DNA of 64,000 nt from a virus (taxonomy: Duplodnaviria; Caudoviricetes), in IMG/VR virus record IMGVR_UViG_3300033067_002502, positions 32,001 through 96,000 of that record, one strand, 5' to 3'. This document shows, piece by piece, positions 46,111 to 56,700 of the stretch (position 1 is its first letter; the number at the start of each line of letters is the position of its first letter). Made by a program: the position numbers and the translations under genes. The notes under the pieces are model-generated. The model was given only the letters and a program-made list of their open reading frames with translations, was not told the DNA's origin and ran no database searches.

Positions 46111-46505
46111 ATTTATTTATAGATAAAAATGCAGAAATTACGGTAATTTTATATGTTTACAAGAATGAAGAAAATAAAATAATTTCTTGGACAAAAAATA
46201 ATACAAAAAATAAACCTGAAAATATCAATGAAAATGATTGTGAATCATTTTCTGTTGTTTTTAGAGTGCCTAATTATAAAGATTCAACAGAATTAATTGA
46301 TTCTGGTATACAACTTTCTTCTGATGGAAGTATGAGAATTTCTTCTGGTTCTGCTTCTTTTGGCAAATTCTCAAAATTATTGAAATCATGGGATTTGAAA
46401 GATGAGAAAGGGGAAAATATTCCAGCAATTCCAGAAAATGTTGCTATACTAGAGCCTAGTATTGGAAAATCAATAATTGCAGATTTGGAAAATCAACTTT
46501 CTTGA
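46107..46505 (+). CDS. Second tail-assembly-chaperone-like protein
   Basis: GTG start; F..PNYK..LLKSWDL.DE.G..IP resembles 45437. Confidence 0.55.
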   Translation: MNLFIDKNAEITVILYVYKNEENKIISWTKNNTKNKPENINENDCESFSVVFRVPNYKDSTELIDSGIQLSSDGSMRISSGSASFGKFSKLLKSWDLKDEKGENIPAIPENVAILEPSIGKSIIADLENQLS

Positions 46506-46601
46506 TAGTGATAGGTATCTTTTAGGGTTTTTATAAAAAACTGAGCTACACTTTAAAAATAGAGTCATATAGTAGTGGATCATTGAAAGGATGCCGTTTA
46601 T

Positions 46602-47171
46602 ATGCTTGCTTCATTTTATCGTTTTTTGATTAAAATTCACATTTTTGAATATGCAATTTTTTCTTTACTGATTTTAGTCATAATGGCAAAGTCAGTACTA
46701 TTGTCAGCTATGAGCGGACATTCTTTATATGAATGTTTGATTGCTGCTCCTTTTGTTGGGTTGATGATTCCTATTTTACTGGTTCTTGTAAATTCTTTTT
46801 TCTGCATTTTTCAACCACCTGTAATTAGAGTTATTTCTTCTATTTTTGTAATGCCTATCATTTTATGCATAACGGCTTTTGTTTCTGTTCCTATGGCAGG
46901 ATATGTTCCTAAAAGAGAATTTACTTCTCTTTCTAGTGTTGAAAAGAAAGATGTTGAGAAAGATTCAGTAAAAACCATATGGGAAGAGTCTTTGAAGAAT
47001 CCAGGCGGTCCAGAAAGCGAAATGGTAAAAAACTGGGAAAGTTGGAATAAATCACCATATGATTCTCAGTTTGCAGGTTATGATAAAGAAAAAGAATTCG
47101 CTATTGAAAAACAAAGAAAAAATAACGAAGCAATACCATTTGGACTAAAATGGATTTTGAGTACTAAGTAA
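46602..47171 (+). CDS. Membrane protein (about three hydrophobic segments)
   Basis: Hydrophobic N-terminal half, SD AAGGA and its own terminator. Confidence 0.65.
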   Translation: MLASFYRFLIKIHIFEYAIFSLLILVIMAKSVLLSAMSGHSLYECLIAAPFVGLMIPILLVLVNSFFCIFQPPVIRVISSIFVMPIILCITAFVSVPMAGYVPKREFTSLSSVEKKDVEKDSVKTIWEESLKNPGGPESEMVKNWESWNKSPYDSQFAGYDKEKEFAIEKQRKNNEAIPFGLKWILSTK

Positions 47172-47201
47172 ATATTTATACAAGCATTATTATGATAATA
47201 T

Positions 47202-47240
47202 AATCCGTTAATCCATTCAAGGATTGGCGGATTTTTTATT
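47202..47240 (+). terminator. Rho-independent terminator overlapping a late-promoter motif (47220-47244)
   Basis: AATCCGTTAATCC-ATTCAA-GGATTGGCGGATT followed by a T tract. Confidence 0.8.
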
Positions 47241-47276
47241 GTATTTAAAATACCAAATATAGGACGATAAATAAAT

Positions 47277-49961
47277 ATGCCAATAGATCCTGATCAATTA
47301 TCAGAAGCCAAAAGAAAAATATATAACCAGCTTATAGTTCACTGCTCTGTTGAAGAAGCTGAAAAGATGATAAACGATCTTGAACACGTTCAAGGAGCTT
47401 TTAGAAAAGCAAACGAAAGTGTTGCTTTATTTGAAAAGGGTTTATATTCTTTAGAATCTATACAAAGAAAATTGTCATCAGCTTTTGGTGCCGTATCAAG
47501 TGCTGCAAACTCTTTTTCTGGCATAATAAACGGTCCTACTCTTTCTATGAAGGCTGGTATTGAAGTTAGCTCTAAATACAGAGAGTCTTTTGTTCAAACA
47601 TATTCTCAGTTTCAAAAATATGGCACAACTGTATCTCAATACTCTGCCAGAATAGATTCTCTTCGTAATACATACAAGCTTACATATGAGCAGTCTATAA
47701 AGCTTGCTTCTGGAATGGAAAAAAGTTTTAATTTGACTAATCCTAAAAATCTAGATGGATATTTGCAAGGAATAAGAAAAACTGTTGGAAATAATGTTGA
47801 TGCTATAAATGAATTTAGAACAGCTCTTGAAGGTGCTACAAAAAACAATCCTATATTCCAAGAATTACTTGCTAATTCAGATTTCAAAGGAGCTGAAGAA
47901 TATGCTCAATCCTTATTAGGTTCTGGTCAAATGGATATGGACACTTATAAAGCATTTCAAGAAGCTGCCCAAGCTCAAAATAGACCAAAATCAGAACAAG
48001 ACCAATTGGATCAATTAATGAATCCTGTTGTTGCTATGAAAGGAATGGCAATGGCAATGGAAACTGGTGTAAAAAACGCTGGAGATTTAGGTCTTGCTGG
48101 TGTTGAGATGTCTGTCAAGATTGCTGGAGGTCTAGAAAACGTTGAAGCAGGTATAACAAAAGTCACAGAAGGCTTTGTTTTAGCGCAAACAGCCGTAAGC
48201 GGCCTATCTAGCGTTTTTAGCGGTCTTGTTGGCTCTTTTAGTGGAGTTTTGGGTGCTTTAGATGCTGCTGCTAATTTAAAATTACTTGGTCTAGGAGGCG
48301 GTGCTTTAAAATCTGTTGGAGGATCTATTGGGAAAGGTGTTTTATCTTTAGGAGGAATAGGTCTCAAGGGAGCTTTAGGTGCTACTGGAGTTGGAGCTCT
48401 TGCTGCTGCTACTGCTTATGGAGGATATAAAACTGGTAATTTTATTGCAGGAATTGCTGGCGTAAATGGATATGATACTACAGATGCTGAAAATGCAGAG
48501 TATCAAGCTAATAGCAGAGGAGCTGTTGCAAAAACCGATAAAGATAAACTTTTAACAAGAATGCTGTCTTTAGGAGCTAAATCAGACAAAGAAAAAATGC
48601 AAAGTTTAAGTGGCTTTACTGGATTATTTAGAAGTCAAGGAGTTGCAAGTGATGAAACTACAAAATCATTAAAAGACGCACAATCTCAATTAGCAGATAT
48701 TATTGAAAAAGAAAAAACACAAGCATCTGTTCAAGGAAAAGTAAATGAAGAAACCAAAAAAACAGAAGTTTTACAAAGTAAAGTAAATGAAGAAGTTAAG
48801 AAAATTGAAAAAAGCGAAGAATTAGTAGGAATTAAACTTCAAAAAAATGACTTTTTTCTTAAACAACAACAGAGGTATTTAGAGTCTTCAAATAAACTTT
48901 TATCTTCACAAATAAGCATATATGGAAAATCGGGGAATATTACAGGAATAGGCTCTGCTGTTTCTCTTAATAATGTTGAAATAAATAAAGAAGAACAATT
49001 AATTAAAGATAGATTGGAAATTCTTAAAAAACAAAGAGATAGTTCAACAAATGAAACAGGAAGAAGAGAAGCTCTTTCTGCGATAAGAGATAAAGAAGCA
49101 GAATTAAATGCTCTTACAGAAAAAAGAGTTGAAAACACAAATATGCTTGTTAGCTCTAATCAGCCTCAAATAGAGCAACAAGAAAGAGTAATTGGTTTAT
49201 TAGAAACTAATATTTCTTTACAAGATAGTGCTGGTCTTGGTTTGAAAGCTCAAATTAGTTCTAGAAAGCAACTTATAGATCAAATAGGGGTTGAGCTTTC
49301 TTTACTTAATCAAAAAGAAGACATTGCTATTAGAGAAAAGCAGTCTATAGAACAAAGATTACAAACAGCTGTTGGAGAAGAAAAGAATAGATTAGGAAGA
49401 GAATTGTATGAACAAAACAAAAATATACTGGAAATACAAAAACAACAAACACAAGCCGTTCAAAAACAAGCAGAAGTAAGTAAGTCAATGAGAGAAGGAT
49501 GGATTGGAGCAATTCAAGCAATGACAAGCGGTGCTGGAGTCTTTACAAGAATAGTTCTTGATAAAGATAAACGACTTGGAAATCTCGCTTTTGCTAGACC
49601 AGATGCAATAAAAGCTCTTGCTTTAGGAGGAACAACTGGAGGTAGAACAGAATCTGCTCGTTGGACTCCAGGTGGCTTTAGCGAAGGAAGTGTTGGTGGT
49701 TTTGAAAAAAGCGTATTAAAACAATATGGAGTTGATACAACAAATACTGTTCAACAAACGGTAAAAGCTTTAATGGATTATCAAAAAACAACTGGTTCTC
49801 AGATGTCTACAGCAGCGGCATCTTTTGGTATTGGTCCTCAAGGAACTGGAGAGGTCACGGAGTTAGTTAAAAAGATATCTGACATATTTATAACAGCTTT
49901 TACAGCAATAGGCTATAAGATTAAAGATGGAACTTTGAAAGAATTAGATAAAGGTAGATAA
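47277..49961 (+). CDS. Tail tape measure protein
   Basis: Long helical protein with an Ala/Gly-rich hydrophobic middle and coiled-coil segments, downstream of the chaperones. Confidence 0.75.
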   Translation: MPIDPDQLSEAKRKIYNQLIVHCSVEEAEKMINDLEHVQGAFRKANESVALFEKGLYSLESIQRKLSSAFGAVSSAANSFSGIINGPTLSMKAGIEVSSKYRESFVQTYSQFQKYGTTVSQYSARIDSLRNTYKLTYEQSIKLASGMEKSFNLTNPKNLDGYLQGIRKTVGNNVDAINEFRTALEGATKNNPIFQELLANSDFKGAEEYAQSLLGSGQMDMDTYKAFQEAAQAQNRPKSEQDQLDQLMNPVVAMKGMAMAMETGVKNAGDLGLAGVEMSVKIAGGLENVEAGITKVTEGFVLAQTAVSGLSSVFSGLVGSFSGVLGALDAAANLKLLGLGGGALKSVGGSIGKGVLSLGGIGLKGALGATGVGALAAATAYGGYKTGNFIAGIAGVNGYDTTDAENAEYQANSRGAVAKTDKDKLLTRMLSLGAKSDKEKMQSLSGFTGLFRSQGVASDETTKSLKDAQSQLADIIEKEKTQASVQGKVNEETKKTEVLQSKVNEEVKKIEKSEELVGIKLQKNDFFLKQQQRYLESSNKLLSSQISIYGKSGNITGIGSAVSLNNVEINKEEQLIKDRLEILKKQRDSSTNETGRREALSAIRDKEAELNALTEKRVENTNMLVSSNQPQIEQQERVIGLLETNISLQDSAGLGLKAQISSRKQLIDQIGVELSLLNQKEDIAIREKQSIEQRLQTAVGEEKNRLGRELYEQNKNILEIQKQQTQAVQKQAEVSKSMREGWIGAIQAMTSGAGVFTRIVLDKDKRLGNLAFARPDAIKALALGGTTGGRTESARWTPGGFSEGSVGGFEKSVLKQYGVDTTNTVQQTVKALMDYQKTTGSQMSTAAASFGIGPQGTGEVTELVKKISDIFITAFTAIGYKIKDGTLKELDKGR

Positions 49962-52900
49962 TGCCAACAACATGTTTAGGTAATTTACTTCCAAGTAGTG
50001 TTCTTGCTTATGATAATATAGATTTATTACCAAATGGATTTATTCCAACAATAGGAACAACAGCAAGGCCTAAAAATCGAAATCAAGAAGGATCTATTAT
50101 ATCTGAAAAAGAAGTAATAAACTTATTACCAGCAGATAGAATATATGCTGAATTTTGGTATGGGGTTTCTTCTCGTGTTACTGGCACTAATCTTGGTGAT
50201 TTAGGAGGAGGATCTTTTGATGCTCTTGGATTCCTAGGAGGAGGAGCTGGTGCAGGAATTGGAGGAGCTTTATCTTGTTCTTTGCAAGGAGACTCTGAAC
50301 AGGTAAAATCAAGATGGGTTTTTCATGTCGCAGACGCTGAAAGTAGAATAAATAACGAAATAATTTTAACTAAAGAAAACATTAAAACAGGGATTATATC
50401 TTTACCAGATTATGTTATTGCAGTTCTTGGTGTTACAAGAAATCCTATTGTTTTTGCTTCAACAGATGTAACTCTTACAAAAGAACAAATTGCTAAAGCG
50501 AAAGAAATGACTGCAAAAGAAGTAGAGTCTATTCTTGGAAAAAGAATTTCTCCTAATAATTTAACAGATAGTGATATAAGAAAATTATTAGGAATACAAG
50601 ATTTTAATGAATTGGATAATTTAGGAAATTCTCAAAGATCTATAAAAGGGTGGCCTCAAACTCAAGACGGACAAATACAAGCAGAATTCAAAAATTATAA
50701 ATATTCTGATAAGGAAAATTTATTTGTAAAAATTATAAGAGATTCAAGAAAAAATTATTATAGAGCAGATAATGAATATGACAGAAATAACGGTCATTGT
50801 TTCTGGAATGGAAGTACTGACGATCTTACAGATAAGTCTATTAATTTTAAACTAAAAGAAGAAAATAATTCTGTATTACTGAAAGAAGGTGAAAAAGTTT
50901 ATATATCTTATTCTGCTGCAATAGATCCTATTTTTAGACATGCAACAGAAAATAAAACTAATTTTTTTCTTTTTCCAGATCAAAGTGTTTATCAGTTGCC
51001 TCCTTTGGATTATGTAAAAGGATGGAATTTTAAAAAATTCAGATTTAGTGTTAGAAAAAAAGAAACAGAACGCTGTTCTCTATTAGATATATCTCATGAT
51101 GATCTTATTTATAAACAAATATCTGAGATACAAAATTCTTCTATATCTCTAGCAGAAAAAACAAAACAAATAAGCATATTACAACAAAAAACCCTTCTTA
51201 TAAGCATTGAGTGTCAACGACTTATAGAATCAAAGCTTGAAAAATCTCAAAGATCTCCTTTTATAAAGGGTTGTTATTTTGCTGATTCTAGAGGGATATT
51301 ATCTGTAGATTTTAGAGCAAATGGGCAGCCTGTTCTTTTAATCCCTCGCTCTAGTATAAGAGATCAGTCTTGGTTTGATGCATTGTTGCTAGATTTGCAA
51401 CAAAATACTATTGTTTTTGATTCAAATGGAGAACTTATTTTAAATAGAGCAGATGAATCGTTTTTTGATGATTTTTTATTTGATATTAGCGATCATGTAA
51501 ATATGTCAACATATGATAATGAAAAATTTGGATACGAGAGAAGACTTGCTAATGCTATTTCAAAATGCTCTATTTATGTTGAAGAAAATACAAAAAGTGG
51601 TGTTGGTTTTCCTAATCTTGATTTTATAAAGAACAAGACTTTAGGAAGAAATTCTTATGACTTGACAAGCGCAAAATTTGATTCTGTTCCAATGCAAGGT
51701 TCTTCTAATGTCTTTTCTTGTAATATCTCTTTTGTTTATGATTTTGGATTTTGTACAAAAGGGACTATTTCTGCTCAAATGCTTTTGAGAACTCCTATTT
51801 TTTTTGATAAATTGAGTAAAAAGTCAAGGATATATGTTGAAAAATTTCAAGCACAAAATCCATTAAAAGGTGATGGAGCTATTTGGGCTGGAACTAAACC
51901 TTCGTCTAGTGATAATTATTCAGTATCTACTGATCCAAAAAATTATTGTGGATATCTAGTATATCCAAATTCAAACAACGGAACTACTAATTTTAGAATA
52001 TTTAAAAACAGCATTGTAAACAAAGAGTCTTATTCTTTAAAATTACAAGATCCAAAAGTTGAAGGACATACTCTTCTTCCTATAGATTCTACTTTAACAG
52101 AAGATGCTATTAAAAATGGAGGATATGACAGTATATTAGGAGATCAGCCTGGTTATTTTGCAGGAACTGAAATAACAACAGAAAAGGCTTTTATGCTTTT
52201 GAATAAAGTATCTTATTCTATTATAAAAAAAGATAAATTGACTTTTACAAAAGATAATTCAACTGGAAGGTTGAATGTTGTAGGATTACCTAATAGGCGT
52301 TTGAAAAAAATAACAATAACATACGTTCCTATATCTTTTAATTTTGTAAGTCAAGAAAAGCTTATATCTTTTATTTTTCCTAATTCAAAGACGGTTATTG
52401 ATAATATCGAAATACCATATGAGGGTAAATTTAGGATTATTCCAAAAACATTTTATGTTGATACTAAATATGTTAGTTTGGAAAATTGGTTTATTGATGG
52501 AAATGTTCTGCGTCAAATAAATATAATAAGCATTGAAGCGGAGTCTATAGATGAAACGGAGTATCAAAAATATAAGATATCAACAAATTCCGTTAGTACT
52601 TGCTTTGATTCTTCTGGCAATTGGTTTGTTTTCTATGAAGATGAAAAAGGAGGGGAAGGAAATCTTTCTGATGGAGGAACCATAGAGAAATTTGCTGATG
52701 GTAGTCACTTAGTTGGTATTAGTGAATTAGGAGAAATGACAGGTCTTCAAGAAAAATCAGATAAAGAAATATCTTGTTTATTGTCTCCTGATTACGGAAT
52801 TACTTGGTATGATTTTAAGGGGATTGTAAGAACTGTTGTTGGTGATTCTATTAGTAACCCTTATGTTGTTTCAGATAAATTAAGTAAAAATATGCATTTA

Positions 52901-53779
52901 TTTTATGTTTTAAATGATATGTTGATGCATAAAATTATAAGTCCAAATTCTTTAGATCCGAAAGATGCATTTCTTGCTTATAAAAGACCAAATGTTTTAA
53001 ATGCAAAAACAGATAAAGGTTATGGTTTGTATCATTTTTCTGCTAAAGGAAGAGTAATGAGAGAAAGCCATAGCAGCGTTGTTGTTGGAAATTTATCAAG
53101 TACTTATTTAAAAAATGAATATAATATTATTTCTGATATGAAAAAAATAAACAGAAATGATTTTAGAATATTAGTTTCAGGAGATAATGTTGATTATAAA
53201 AACGGTTTTTCTGAAATAGATTTTTTCCCATATAAAGACTCAACAGGTAATTTAGTAGTAATATTTATATATGATAGTAAGATGTATTGTAGATCTAGTT
53301 CTGATAATGGTGATTCTTGGTTTGATGTTTTTGAAGAAGGGATTCTTATTCATAAAAACAGTAATTCTCAAGATTTAAAACCAATAAAAAATTTAGGAAT
53401 GTCTATAGATTTGAAATTAGAAATGGCATATTTAACTTATCAAGTAGATGGTATGCTATTTATAAGGAAATTTAAATCAAAAATATCTAAAGATACTTTT
53501 ATTTTGGATAATGATTTTTCAAAATCAACTTTTATTGTTGGAAATGTATCTACTGAATTAAAGAATGCTTTTGTAAACAAGGAAACTCCAATTATTTTTC
53601 CGTATAAAGATATAGATGTTTTTGGTGAAGGTTTTTCAATCTTAGAAGTACCTTCTTTAGGATATTCTTTATCAAATGGTCTTTTGAGGTTTTTTTATAA
53701 AGATTCAGAAGGCAATTTTAGGGCGTTCTCTTATACTGAAACCCCAATATTAGACATTAATTATGGAAAAGGCAAATAA
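49961..53779 (+). CDS. Large tail/tip protein with BNR (Asp-box) motifs
   Basis: SPDYGITW and SSDNGDSW; TAATG-coupled to the tape measure gene. Confidence 0.6.
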   Translation: MPTTCLGNLLPSSVLAYDNIDLLPNGFIPTIGTTARPKNRNQEGSIISEKEVINLLPADRIYAEFWYGVSSRVTGTNLGDLGGGSFDALGFLGGGAGAGIGGALSCSLQGDSEQVKSRWVFHVADAESRINNEIILTKENIKTGIISLPDYVIAVLGVTRNPIVFASTDVTLTKEQIAKAKEMTAKEVESILGKRISPNNLTDSDIRKLLGIQDFNELDNLGNSQRSIKGWPQTQDGQIQAEFKNYKYSDKENLFVKIIRDSRKNYYRADNEYDRNNGHCFWNGSTDDLTDKSINFKLKEENNSVLLKEGEKVYISYSAAIDPIFRHATENKTNFFLFPDQSVYQLPPLDYVKGWNFKKFRFSVRKKETERCSLLDISHDDLIYKQISEIQNSSISLAEKTKQISILQQKTLLISIECQRLIESKLEKSQRSPFIKGCYFADSRGILSVDFRANGQPVLLIPRSSIRDQSWFDALLLDLQQNTIVFDSNGELILNRADESFFDDFLFDISDHVNMSTYDNEKFGYERRLANAISKCSIYVEENTKSGVGFPNLDFIKNKTLGRNSYDLTSAKFDSVPMQGSSNVFSCNISFVYDFGFCTKGTISAQMLLRTPIFFDKLSKKSRIYVEKFQAQNPLKGDGAIWAGTKPSSSDNYSVSTDPKNYCGYLVYPNSNNGTTNFRIFKNSIVNKESYSLKLQDPKVEGHTLLPIDSTLTEDAIKNGGYDSILGDQPGYFAGTEITTEKAFMLLNKVSYSIIKKDKLTFTKDNSTGRLNVVGLPNRRLKKITITYVPISFNFVSQEKLISFIFPNSKTVIDNIEIPYEGKFRIIPKTFYVDTKYVSLENWFIDGNVLRQINIISIEAESIDETEYQKYKISTNSVSTCFDSSGNWFVFYEDEKGGEGNLSDGGTIEKFADGSHLVGISELGEMTGLQEKSDKEISCLLSPDYGITWYDFKGIVRTVVGDSISNPYVVSDKLSKNMHLFYVLNDMLMHKIISPNSLDPKDAFLAYKRPNVLNAKTDKGYGLYHFSAKGRVMRESHSSVVVGNLSSTYLKNEYNIISDMKKINRNDFRILVSGDNVDYKNGFSEIDFFPYKDSTGNLVVIFIYDSKMYCRSSSDNGDSWFDVFEEGILIHKNSNSQDLKPIKNLGMSIDLKLEMAYLTYQVDGMLFIRKFKSKISKDTFILDNDFSKSTFIVGNVSTELKNAFVNKETPIIFPYKDIDVFGEGFSILEVPSLGYSLSNGLLRFFYKDSEGNFRAFSYTETPILDINYGKGK

Positions 53780-56700
53780 TGGCAACTTTAGAAACAGCTT
53801 CTCCGGGTTCTCCTGGTAGATTAAAATTTAAATGCGTTCTTTGGTCTAATTGTCCTGTTTATGAAAGAGTTAAACAGGATCAGTCTTATATTTTTTCGCC
53901 AGAAACAATGCAATTTGCTCCTCAATCTCTTAAAAATAAGATTGTTACAATAAACGGATTAGATGGAGCCTTTTTGCGACCTATCCCTAATTTGAATTTA
54001 CATAATTTTATTAGTTTTATTAAGCCTATTATACCTTTTAGGTATGAGTTACTTCCAAAATTTCCAAAATCAGATAAAGAAAATCGTTATAGTTGGGATA
54101 GAGTTATACCTATAAATTATTTGGATTTTTTACAAGTTAATAATTCAATAACATCAGGATTTTTAAAGGTTACCAGTGGAGGATCTGTAGCTTCTTCAAG
54201 TGCTATTGGATCTCATCAAACATGGATTGCTGATGGTAGTTTATATTGTTATGTAAATATAAATCCTCTTGAATATTCTTCTATAGAAAGCATGACTCCT
54301 TCTGCTTTGAAAGCTCAAAAATCTTTTTGCACAAAATGGGAGTATCTTGAAGATGTTGTTAGTCATTCTGAAGGAAATTCTTCCTCTTCTATAAATTTAT
54401 ATAAGAATACAGTTTGCGTTCCATGCACAAGCGGTAATCTATCTATTAAAGATCCTATAGATGTTATGAAAAGTAATGGAGCTGAAGATTCTTTTAAGGT
54501 TTCAGATGCCGTTTATAAAAACATAAACCCAGGCATGCATTGGCGTGTTTTAAAGAGAACTCCTATTTTTCAGGGAGAGGACTTTTCTGTTGAATTTTCT
54601 TCAAAAGCTACATCTACTACAAATTCGGGTCAATCATCTGCAAAATATCTTATGTTGAATAAGTTTAAATTTTTGGATATATCTTCTCAGTATACTTCAG
54701 AAACTCAATGCAGTTCTCTTAATGAAGATGGTCTTTATGATAAAAAATTAAATGAAGAAGCTATTAATAATATAAAGAAAATTTTTGATTTTAGCAATCA
54801 GATTTATTATATGATTGAAATAGGAGTTGGAGATCCTGACCATAATTATTGGTTAATTATTGCAGAAAATTTATCTCCAATATTTTGTCATGTAGGAAAA
54901 GTAGCTTCTCTTTCTTGTAAGATTTACGAAAGCTCATCAATAACTCAAGAAGAACCAAAAAAGAATAATAATTCTAGTGAGGTGTTTCCTTGTTCTACTG
55001 ATTCAGAATCTGATTCTGGTCAAGGAGCAAGAACTGATCAAAATAATTCGCCTTTAAAAGAGATTGTTATAGCTTCCGTTGGAAAAGAGCCTATTCTTAG
55101 AAAATTATCAACTTATGAAGGTGTAAATTCTTTATCACTTATTAAACAAGAAAAGTTAAAAATTTCAATTAGGCAACATTCAGGCAATATTGTTGTTGTT
55201 TTTTCAGAGCATGAAAATAATCCTTGGGTTATTTCTAGAAAAGATATAGATCCAGCAACAACTCCAATAACAACAGAAGACGGACCACTTAATCCTGTTG
55301 GAGAAAGTAATGTTGTTTATAAAACAATTCAAATGCTTATACCTTTTGGTCAAATTGCTCTTATGGGAGGAAATAGAAAATGTGGATTTAGCTTTTCTCC
55401 TATGATTTATGATAAAATAAATCAATTTGTAATGCCTCAACCTCTTTCTGTTCAAGGGCCGGTAGGTGTTGATGATATGGAATTTCTTTGGAGTGATAAG
55501 GGCAAGAGTTTTAATCCCTCAGTATCTGTAAATTTATTAAATCAACAATATACAAATGAAGCAGGTGTGTATGGAGAATATATTTTAGATAAGAAAAAAG
55601 ACAAAGTTTCTTATAAGTGGACTAGAGCTATTGATGTTCAAGAAGAATCTGTTTATAATTATGGAAAAGCTCCAGACATGATGAATAATAAAGAGGCGTG
55701 GGATAAAGGAGCTAGAGAGTCTGTTTTGGCTTTAGACGCTTCGGAATGTTCTATTTCTCAAGGGTCTACTTCTTCTAATAGCAAACTAATGCAGATTTCT
55801 ATACAAATAACACCTGGCGGTTATATGTTTCCAGCAATAGACGGAGGAGATCCTTGGATCTTAAAAGATTGTGTTACTCCTATAATCTATTTATATAGAA
55901 TGAATGTTGCTCCTAAAGGAACTATTTATAAAAAAGACCCAATTGATGTAAGTCAACATGTTTTAACATTCAGTGATGAGTGGTCAGAAACAGACTGGCA
56001 AAAATTAGAACATAGCGGCTCTATTTCTTTTATTGTTAGCGATGGGATGAAATTTGTAAATAACCAGTCTAATTATCTTTATTCATTGACTGATAAAACG
56101 TTTTATTTACAAATAAGTATGTGGTGGGAAGGTGGTATTATGAAAACAGCATTAGATCCTAGAGATAATATTGTTTTTACTGGATTTTGTCATGGAGGAG
56201 TATTAACAACAGAAACAAATAAAAAGGTTTTAGATTGTAAAATAATAGATTATTCAAAAATACTTAAGGATCAGTTTTTCTTAAATTCTCCATTTTTTGA
56301 TAGGATGAGAGATGTTAATGCTGTTAAAGATATTATGCAACTTGCAGGATTGAGAGATGGCGAGGATAATGAATCTTCATTTGAGCCTGGATCTTTAATA
56401 AGAATACTAGCTGACGATCAATCTATTTCAGGATGGTATTGGTTCTTTTTCAACGGAGATAAAATTTGTGATAGAGAATTTGCATTGCCTGGATCTTATG
56501 ATATCTTACAATCTCCTTTTATGAGATTTTCAGATGGAAGTAGTTATTGGGATGCAATTGAGAGAATATCTCAATTGTCTAATAAGGTTGCTTTTTTTGA
56601 TAGACTTGGGGTTTTTCATTTTAATCCGCTTCCTTACGATCAGGAAATTTGGGGAGGACAAAGTGGATCTCAAACAAGATGGACTATTCAAGACTGGGCA

